DNA of 64,000 nucleotides, taken from the NCBI GenBank assembly GCA_041660565.1, contig JBAZWC010000001.1, positions 70,197 to 134,196 of the forward strand, in the 5' to 3' direction. Source of the DNA: Patescibacteria group bacterium. Lineage in GTDB: Bacteria > Patescibacteriota > UBA1384 > CAJBMM01. The notes under the pieces were generated by a model, which had not been told where the DNA came from, made no database searches, and was given only the letters and a program-made list of their open reading frames with translations. The position numbers and the translations under genes were made by a program. This document shows, piece after piece, positions 58,701-64,000 of the stretch (its first letter is position 1; every line of letters begins with the position of its first letter).

Positions 58701-59161
58701 AAGGCATTTGGTGCCGGTGCTGTGGCTTCTAGCGCAAAGCTAACCTCGTTGCCGTTGCTAGAAATAGAGACCGGTTTGTCTGATAGTTGGTTAGGCAAAG
58801 ATAGGATGAATGAGTTGGCGCCGTTTTTATATCCGTTGTCGGTGGGTAATAAATTATTATCAATTTCTTTCCATACGGTTTTGCCATTTTCGGTTGCCGA
58901 GTAGTTTATTGGAGTGGAATAAACTACCGCTTGCATTGTGCCATCCGGTTGTTGGAAAGTCTTGGAATATTCGCCGCGTTTATCAGTAATTTCTTGCGGT
59001 ACGGTGATGGGCGGTTTGGGGGGTAAAGTAAATTGAGTGTCAGATACCGGCGCGGGGGTTGGTTGTGCGGCCGGAGTGGCGGCAAATGCAGACGCGGGCA
59101 GATTGGGGATGGTAAACATCACCATCAGTAGGTAGATAAAACCCTTTTTAATTGACGCCAT
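52784..59161 (-). CDS. RHS/YD-repeat polymorphic toxin (2125 aa) with signal peptide and C-terminal HNH-fold nuclease-like (SHH/AHH-type) toxin domain
   Basis: Many YD repeats (Y.YD..GN....TD..G..T.Y.YD); RHS core end ...PYIYCNNSPLTHTDPSGK (DPxG); about 170-aa C-terminal tail with ESHHIIPKYLGG. Confidence 0.8.
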   Translation of the reverse strand: MASIKKGFIYLLMVMFTIPNLPASAFAATPAAQPTPAPVSDTQFTLPPKPPITVPQEITDKRGEYSKTFQQPDGTMQAVVYSTPINYSATENGKTVWKEIDNNLLPTDNGYKNGANSFILSLPNQLSDKPVSISSNGNEVSFALEATAPAPNALNLSNLQLSTLFTPSTAVKNNQITYGNVTPGINVTYYAIPEGVKEEITLNQKPTQTSFVYHLQTTGVTAQKGDDGSISFLDKDQKTAFYIPKMTMWDARGGKDSEANEYSDAISVALEPETGGYVLTMTPDAQWLSDTARVYPVVIDPTVVVDLHYGEDSYVEQYYPNTSTWDQANLYVGNHQEGTYRKGLTRTLIPFSIPDLTDANIINATFTVRQKACVQICSVSGVTANLVPWFNSKTVNWNNQPLGIGEVGYQYGDSGPNYAMNVTNALKYWFESHNQNGSWIGALAFKSDWENPSGYRIWVAENDPTTPLEYEPRLTIDYRDYYAEYSTNNLGSQLIDTSGAIDVVAQNTGRNTWLKSDTHLSYHIYNSAGQLVTWDGVRTLLPRDIAPHGDGVVLNATVKIPSIPGNYTVKWDMVQEGVTWFSEQGVPTKDVSLTAIDYPAYGATYNLNNPPTSATANSTISLPMSVTNMSNQNWPIGQFQLGYHWVDSAGQTYIFNGTPQNFQSDVAKYGATGNILLNVPAPLNAGNYTLQLDMYQVNNKTWFSTQNVATKNIAIAITNPALSSSIHLGDEKYYTKAGPIDLATGNVAYSSTDMTVPSNTGLLAVGRSYNSTLANTPTVPDANGYIRSWLVNGPYRESNQAGRLSKAFIANEATAQPTVGSVSSSNLWFKTSSATPALDISAALASAGSVESGYNSNATVYAYTNVYVLNAKTYRLKIGSADGVKVWVNGNMVWLKDVLRGITLDSDSVDVPLLAGWNKVMFKVAHASSAWALSARFLNTDNTQITGLLLDTDNQLPLTTTATMGQGWRASFDEYLNFADPDNVMYQDGTGAVDIFSRNANGTYKRPTGLSIDLVKNADNTYAIISKSGLKTYFSSTGLLQKRVDLSGNTISYNRDTNGNVTKIVDGGRFITLTYTGKRLETVTNQLGQKITYSYNTTVTPFKLTSVIDPLGGLYAYQYTPAGKMTRYVDKNGSSTYIYYDIQNRVSEVKDALGNSSKLSYNNRSVDITDALGRKSNATFDQNNLLINFTNPKGYRQIYGNDGNYNVTTITPDLPENEYYYFNYTNTYDANDNLLTSKDPMDATTTNVYAGYDLVKTTDPKGNVTTATYSVDGRRLLLSTTDAKGNVDSATYDAKGHKVTVTDSKGAITKFTYTADGDVLTTVSPKLETSTFTYDTVGRKLTEKSAMGNTLTYAYDNLGRLTSIKDPAGITNRYEYDKNSNKLKDIDPKGNVTTYTYDKLNRQIKLTDAVGAITSTTFDAVGNVVKTTDAKGKMTINTYDELNQLTKTTDATGVPETAVYDRNGNITSATDQSGSTTTATTDKNGNATQITDKDGTTSVSYDKNDNVVQTTSTVKSENDTITYDKNDNVTAVQSNITGNNTLTYDKNDNVVTSAVSTATVATVYDANQEVSQVSTTLAQTGQVLTNILTKDAEGKLTAVKKPNGDTTSYTYDTSGRVKQVVNKYKAGAIQQQISYTYDANSNITTAIDSLTGTRTYAYDARDQLTGENGTTYSYDLMGNRTKKTTAAETITYAYDELGDANRLIKETSTVNGTKTYEYDKNGNVTKVTDSKNGITQYFYDADDYFIKAITPDNTTVEYTYNELTKQRATRTETSPTGVVSTTKFVYDGDKLVSETDAAGKMLRTYTWDEDENLSSVTIPDTNNNPQTYYYLKNGHSDITGLTDASGNRLVSYSYDAWGNVTVSTMGGPTPDSRAVPQPPAPQNNLDKLNPRLYAGYWYDSTIKLYYMKARMYDPSLGRFTSQDPVVADNTALGSNPYIYCNNSPLTHTDPSGKIIFLAPLIIYSPLILASLFYIANSPVMQCLIANDVSTVFDPNTTKTDKIIAGVGLVGDLTPVGGGSTTKTAANIAKTSTAVNTAKNVIKTESHHIIPKYLGGAAKAVRAIIPKEYHQQITNAFRAEVAYGKAAEYYRLLKQNDYSQWEKEVGEVIKKVYDKLPIDNFLKEIK

Positions 59162-59352
59162 TTTTACTCCTTTATCTTGTTACGTTAAAAAAAATCGCGA
59201 CAGTGCGCGATTCGATAATTTTAAATTGAAACCATGCTGCTCTCTGGCAATATACAGTAAACAAAGTTGTCTAAGTAATCTTTCAGGTTATTGTGGATAT
59301 TATTCATAACACCTTTGTTGTATTCTTATTGTTTACGCTTGTCAATACTCCT

Positions 59353-60354
59353 TTATAGTCCCATTGCGGATTTGACGTTGTCTAGAGTTTTGATGGCTTC
59401 TTTGCGGGCCGCAATAGTACCTTGTTCCAAAATATCATCCAATAAAGCGCGTTTGTTATGCAATTTAGCACGATCTCTAATTGGATCTAAATATTTATTT
59501 AATGCTACCGCTAGAGCTTTTTTGACTTCAACGTCTCCAACTTGGCCTTTGGCGTATCTGTCTTTGAAGTCGGCCACCTGATCTTTATTGGCATTGAATA
59601 AATCGTGATATATAAAGACAGGATTTCCTTCTACTTTACCCGGGTCGGTTTTGCGGATTCTATTTGGGTCGGTGTACATAGACATCACTTTTTTGGTGAC
59701 TACCTCGGGATCGTCAAGCAAACCAATGGCATTGCCCAGGCTTTTGCTCATTTTGGCATTGCCGTCTGTGCCAATTAGGGTGGCGGTGTTAGACAGTAGT
59801 GCTTTTGGTTCTGGTAAAGTATTACCGTACATTTGATTAAACCGAGCGGCAATTTCACGCGTCACTTCTAGGTGGCTAGACTGATCAACACCAACCGGCA
59901 CCGTGTCTGCACCAACCATTAATATATCGGATGCCATTAAAACCGGATATTCCAGCAAACCAAGCGAGGCGTTGGTGATATGTAAATTGTCCATTTGTTC
60001 TTTTAATGTGGGCACGCGCTCTAATCTCGCTACCGAAATTATCATACTAAGTATGACAAATAGCTCGCACACCTCTGGAATGGCGGATTGGCGATAGATG
60101 GTTACTTTGTGTGGATCTAGCCCAACTGCCAAATAGGTGAGTACTTGGTTGCGGATGCGATCTTGGATATCGGCAATTTCGGATTTTTGTGATTTAGTAG
60201 TGAGCGAATGCAGATCCGCTACGATGATAAATGTTTGATATTTGTCTTGTAGCTCAACTCGTTTTTGTAACGACCCGACTAAATGTCCCAGGTGCAGCGC
60301 GCCGGTGGGACGATCACCAGTTAGAATTCTGTTTGGTTTAAGATTATTTTCCAT
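59353..60354 (-). CDS. trpS: Tryptophanyl-tRNA synthetase
   Basis: PTGALHLGH (HIGH), YPVLMASDIL, VPVGVDQSSHLEVTREIAARFN, KMSKS; 333 aa. Confidence 0.8.
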   Translation of the reverse strand: MENNLKPNRILTGDRPTGALHLGHLVGSLQKRVELQDKYQTFIIVADLHSLTTKSQKSEIADIQDRIRNQVLTYLAVGLDPHKVTIYRQSAIPEVCELFVILSMIISVARLERVPTLKEQMDNLHITNASLGLLEYPVLMASDILMVGADTVPVGVDQSSHLEVTREIAARFNQMYGNTLPEPKALLSNTATLIGTDGNAKMSKSLGNAIGLLDDPEVVTKKVMSMYTDPNRIRKTDPGKVEGNPVFIYHDLFNANKDQVADFKDRYAKGQVGDVEVKKALAVALNKYLDPIRDRAKLHNKRALLDDILEQGTIAARKEAIKTLDNVKSAMGL

Positions 60355-60454
60355 ACCTTGATGGTATCAGAAAAATGATTTTTCGACAAAAATACTGAAA
60401 TTTTTGGGCAAGAATTTGAAATTTGAAATTTACAATTTGAAATGATGGAGGGAG

Positions 60455-60650
60455 CTCATTCTTTAATTTCTCCCTCCTTCGCTCATCCTAGATTCGGAAC
60501 GGCACAGCGGGCGGAACGCTGAGCGTCCCATTGCCCCGCTCAGCGGGGCGGACATCCCCCTTCGCCACCTCCTACGCTAAAGCTTCGGAAGGTCAAGAAG
60601 GCTACGGAGGACAAGCATGGGTCCGCCCCTACTTAGGTCGTGAAAGTTAT
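60455..60650. repeat. Mosaic repeat (GGAACGCTGAGCGTCCC; CCCCGCTCAGCGGGG; GGGCGGACATCCCCC..CTACGCTAAAGCTTCGGAAGGTCAAGAAGGCTACGG..GGTCCGCCCC)
   Basis: Related to 40705-40913 and 19260-19400. Confidence 0.65.
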
Positions 60651-60651
60651 C

Positions 60652-61419
60652 TTACTTCAATGTCTTTTTGAATGATCCTAGGGTAAGAAAGATCATAATC
60701 ACAAAGAATATTCCGGCTACGGCAAAACCTTGCCAGATAGACGGATCGCCCCAACCACGAATAAACAACCCTCGCACGCCTTCAATTACATAGGTAACCG
60801 GGTTCAGGGTAACCAATTTGGCATAAGAGGCGGGGAGTAAATCTTTGGGCATTTGCGAGGTGGTTAAATATAGAAACGGAAAAACCAGCACAAACATTGA
60901 TTGCACTAACCTTGGGTTACCGGTTCTAAGGGCAATTACCATACTAATACAAGACCAGCCCATGGCAAAGATAATCATCATGGCAAAAATGGCTAAAATA
61001 CCCAAGAATCCGGTGCTTGGCGTTACCCCAATCGCCAAAAGTAAGATTAAGACAATCAAGCCCTGAATAATCGCCTGTACTGCCACTTCTGTCAGCTTTG
61101 ATAGAATAATGGCAAGGTGATTGATGGGCATAATGGTCAATTTTTTGAAATATCCGGACGAAATATCCACTACCAATTCGATGCCGGCGTTTCCGGCGGA
61201 AAAGAAGATGGCGGTAAACAACGCTACCGGCGCAATGAATTTTAGATATGAATCAGACGGGAATCCGGGGATAAGCGATACCGATTTGAACGCAGCCGAG
61301 TTTACGGCAAAGAAAAATACCGGTATAAATAGCGACGGAATTAACGCCAGTAGGGGACGCCAGATTTGTTTGATGTTGCGGATTGATAAATAATACCAAT
61401 CGGATAGAAAATAATTCAT
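60652..61419 (-). CDS. ABC-2 type transporter permease
   Basis: 255 aa, 6 TM helices; 4-nt overlap with the upstream ATPase gene. Confidence 0.7.
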   Translation of the reverse strand: MNYFLSDWYYLSIRNIKQIWRPLLALIPSLFIPVFFFAVNSAAFKSVSLIPGFPSDSYLKFIAPVALFTAIFFSAGNAGIELVVDISSGYFKKLTIMPINHLAIILSKLTEVAVQAIIQGLIVLILLLAIGVTPSTGFLGILAIFAMMIIFAMGWSCISMVIALRTGNPRLVQSMFVLVFPFLYLTTSQMPKDLLPASYAKLVTLNPVTYVIEGVRGLFIRGWGDPSIWQGFAVAGIFFVIMIFLTLGSFKKTLK

Positions 61420-62207
61420 GATCTTGCCCTCGAATACGGATCAACCGCTTTTGTATTCACTTCTTCATCTAAAAATGTTTTGCCAGTGGTGGCTAGAAAT
61501 ACCTCTTCCAGAGATTTGGTTTTATGCTTGGATAATAATTCGGGGATAGTGCCCTCGGTTACGATGTGCCCGCTGTCCATAATGGCTACCCGTTCACACA
61601 ACTCCTCGGCTTCTTCCATAAAGTGAGTGGTTAAAAAGATGGTCATACCGGCTTTATTTAGATTGCGCAGGTGTTGCCAGATTAACTGCCGAGCGTGCGG
61701 GTCTAACCCAACTGTTGGTTCGTCAAGAAACAGCACTTTTGGCTTGTGTAGCAAAGCTAACGCTAAGTCAAATCTGCGGCGCATTCCGCCAGAGTAGGTG
61801 GCGGTGTATTTGTCAGCCACTTTTTCTAACTCAACCAGCTTTAGTAGCTCCTTAATCTGTTTATTTATCTCGGCAGGCGGGAGGTGATAAAGCCGTCCGT
61901 GTAGTTGCAGCATTTCCCGTGCAGTAGCGGTTTCATCTAACCCAACTTCTTGCATTGCAAAACCAACTAATTTATAAATCTCTTTTTCGTTTTCGGATAC
62001 TTCTAGATTATCTATTTTGACCGATCCGCTGGTTTTTTTAACCAGATTGACCAGCATATTGATGGTAGTGGTTTTCCCAGCCCCGTTTGGACCCAGAAAA
62101 CCAAAAAACTCTCCTTCTCTGACTTCAAACGAAATGTTGTCCACTGCGTTTTTGTCGGATTTGGGGTAGTGTTTGACCAGATTTTTAACTTCGATTATGT
62201 TTGCCAA
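61416..62207 (-). CDS. ABC transporter ATP-binding protein
   Basis: Walker A GPNGAGKTT, signature YSGGMRRR, Walker B LFLDEPT. Confidence 0.8.
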   Translation of the reverse strand: MANIIEVKNLVKHYPKSDKNAVDNISFEVREGEFFGFLGPNGAGKTTTINMLVNLVKKTSGSVKIDNLEVSENEKEIYKLVGFAMQEVGLDETATAREMLQLHGRLYHLPPAEINKQIKELLKLVELEKVADKYTATYSGGMRRRFDLALALLHKPKVLFLDEPTVGLDPHARQLIWQHLRNLNKAGMTIFLTTHFMEEAEELCERVAIMDSGHIVTEGTIPELLSKHKTKSLEEVFLATTGKTFLDEEVNTKAVDPYSRARS

Positions 62208-62353
62208 TTTAATCCCTTCTTTAATTTATTCTAAGCATAGATTAATGTGGGTTACAGTAGCGTTTGGCTATTGTACCAATCCCGGTCAAGATGGTCAAGT
62301 AGGTTTGACACGTGAATTAAGAAACCTATTAAGTGAGCTAATGTTTCACTCTT

Positions 62354-62475
62354 GTCATCTCGACTCCTCGAGCTTTGTCTCGAGGGTGGAGAGATCTCAA
62401 GAAAGACTGGAAAAGATTCTTTCTCAGATTTCTCCAACGCAGTCGATTTGACAATCTCCTCGGGTCGAAATGACA
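62354..62475. repeat. Complete about 120-bp palindromic element (TGTCATCTCGAC..GTCGAAATGACA)
   Basis: About 85% identical to 21880-22012. Confidence 0.7.
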
Positions 62476-62560
62476 ATAGAAGTCTTTGGACTCACGTGCG
62501 GTAACTGGTCATATTTGCTATAATCAATTTGAACAAGGAGCTAGTTTGATTAATTTGACG

Positions 62561-62956
62561 ATGTATTCCGATGGGGGATCGCGCGGTAACCCCGGGCCGG
62601 CGGCGTGTGGCGTGGTAATTTTTGGCCAAAATCAAGATGAATTGCATCGCATTGCAAAAACTATTGGCGTCACTACCAATAATCAGGCCGAATATCAGGC
62701 ATTGGTAATGGGCTTGGAATGGGCGCTGTCTGAGTATGGCCAGGCAGAGGTGTTATGTCGGCTTGATTCCGAATTGGTAGTTAAGCAGCTTAAAGGTGAA
62801 TATAAGATGAAAAATGCCGAGCTAAGGCCATGGTATGACAAAATCATACTATTACAAGCACAACTTGGCGGAAAAATTACATTTCAACATGTTCCGCGCG
62901 AGCAAAATAAAATTGCAGATAAATTAGTTAACCAAGCATTAGATGGACAAATCTAA
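62561..62956 (+). CDS. rnhA: Ribonuclease H (type 1, RnhA-like)
   Basis: MYSDGGSRGNPGPAACGVV...NNQAEYQALVMGLEWAL...D.ELVVKQL; start placed at Met-26 of the track ORF because the upstream extension overlaps the repeat. Confidence 0.6.
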   Translation: MYSDGGSRGNPGPAACGVVIFGQNQDELHRIAKTIGVTTNNQAEYQALVMGLEWALSEYGQAEVLCRLDSELVVKQLKGEYKMKNAELRPWYDKIILLQAQLGGKITFQHVPREQNKIADKLVNQALDGQI

Positions 62957-63176
62957 CCAAAAAATTTTAGTTAAAGTAATGCCGTTTGCAAAGTCTGTTC
63001 GAGTAGAGCCGATTTTGGGTGGGTTAAAAATATGGTTAACCGCCAAACCGGTAGATGGTGAAGCAAACAAGCAGCTAATCGAAGTTTTGGCGGATTATTT
63101 GCAGGTGCCAAAATCGGCCATTCAAATTAAATCCGGAGAAAATGGCCGAACAAAGTTGATCATCGTCACAAAATAA
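62943..63176 (+). CDS. DUF167/YggU-family small protein
   Basis: LVKVMPFAKSVRVEPI...LKIWLTAKPVDGEANKQLIEVLADYLQVPKSAIQIKSGENGRTKLI pattern; 14-nt overlap with rnhA. Confidence 0.55.
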   Translation: MDKSNQKILVKVMPFAKSVRVEPILGGLKIWLTAKPVDGEANKQLIEVLADYLQVPKSAIQIKSGENGRTKLIIVTK

Positions 63177-63235
63177 TACGCCTCTATCCTAATCGATCTG
63201 ATTTTGCTAGAATTAGACCAGATTAAGGAAATATT

Positions 63236-64000
63236 ATGTTTAAATCGGTTGATCCCAAAGTTAGTTTTCCGTCTCTTGAGGAAGAGATTCTAAAATATTG
63301 GGATACGGAAAAGATTTTTGAAAAGGTTCAGGCAAAAAACAAAGACGGTAAACCGTACGTCTTTTTTGAAGGTCCGCCAACTGCCAATGCCAAACCGGGT
63401 ATCCATCACGTTGAATCACGGGTGTTTAAGGATTTGTTCCCGCGTTATAAATCGATGCAGGGGAGATTTGTTGACAGGAAAGCCGGTTGGGATACTCAAG
63501 GGTTGCCGGTTGAGTTGCAGGTGGAAAAAAAGCTTGGGCTAAAAAATAAAAAAGAAATTGAAGCGTTTGGTATCGCCAAATTTAATGCCGAATGTCAAAA
63601 AGACGTTTGGACCTTTATGCAGGATTGGGAAAAACTAACCAAACGAATTGGCTTTTGGCTCGATCTTAATCACCCTTACATTACTTACACTAACGAGTAT
63701 ATTGAATCGGTTTGGGCGGTCATAAAAGCGGCGTCAGAGCAAACCGACGGGCTTGGCCAGCCGTTATTGTATCAAGGATACAAGGTGGTGCCGTATTGTA
63801 CTCGTTGTGGAACAGCGTTATCTAGTCACGAAGTGGCGCAGGGCTACAAACTGGTGAACGAAAACTCAGTATTTATTAAATTTAAGCTTACTGAAAAATT
63901 ACAAGGCAAAGCAGCCTTTGTGATAGGCTGGACCACCACTCCATGGACGTTGCCCGGGAACGTTGCCTTAGCGGTCGGTCAAGATATCGACTACGCAGTA
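63236..64000 (+). CDS. ileS: Isoleucyl-tRNA synthetase, N-terminal part (3'-truncated by window edge)
   Basis: Manual translation MFKSVDPKVSFPSLEEEILKYW...FFEGPPTANAKPGIHHVESRVFKDLFPRYKSMQGRFVDRKAGWDTQGLPVELQVEKKLG...VPYCTRCGTALSSHE (HIGH region and the GWDxxGLP-E motif typical of IleRS); continues beyond 64000. Confidence 0.7.
   Translation, partial: MFKSVDPKVSFPSLEEEILKYWDTEKIFEKVQAKNKDGKPYVFFEGPPTANAKPGIHHVESRVFKDLFPRYKSMQGRFVDRKAGWDTQGLPVELQVEKKLGLKNKKEIEAFGIAKFNAECQKDVWTFMQDWEKLTKRIGFWLDLNHPYITYTNEYIESVWAVIKAASEQTDGLGQPLLYQGYKVVPYCTRCGTALSSHEVAQGYKLVNENSVFIKFKLTEKLQGKAAFVIGWTTTPWTLPGNVALAVGQDIDYAV

Overview
Low-GC (about 40%) bacterial chromosomal window, gene-dense on both strands. On inference it resembles a small-genome Patescibacteria/CPR-type organism, but that placement is not certain.

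Housekeeping genes:
- argS 3' end, rpmB, holB, dCMP deaminase, rpmG, transketolase, mntH (NRAMP), typA/bipA, trpS, an ABC-2 transporter pair, rnhA, and the ileS 5' end.
- Three tRNAs at 19468-19731 (Thr-Tyr-Thr).
- A tRNA-Pro(GGG) at 6229-6305, sitting in a locus of split or disrupted tRNA-like halves next to a small GIY-YIG nuclease gene.

Type IV pilus locus (31.1-44.7 kb):
- pilN/O-like genes, a 972-aa PilB, PilT, PilC, two tandem major pilins, prepilin peptidase PilD, and four minor pilins (PilX-like last).
- Two large secreted proteins precede it (1246 aa and 591 aa).

Other notable genes:
- A 2125-aa RHS/YD-repeat polymorphic toxin whose C-terminus carries an SHH/AHH-type HNH-nuclease-like motif, followed by two candidate immunity genes.
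- A Fic/Doc-like protein with a degenerate active-site motif fused to a MerR-type HTH.
- A site-2 protease and a PspC-domain protein.

Unusual features:
1. The window is saturated with mosaic palindromic repeats (several module types, more than 25 copies). Two copies are inserted in frame into pilB and transketolase, and inverted copies flank the minor-pilin cluster.
2. Four high-GC (about 58-60%) islands are embedded in the low-GC background. The largest (14.1-18.9 kb) is an array of five co-oriented hypothetical genes. Each is bracketed by a conserved terminator hairpin, a 45-nt promoter/operator-like palindrome-bearing element, and one of two types of near-identical leader about 110 nt long.

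No CRISPR array, rRNA or integrase was recognised.
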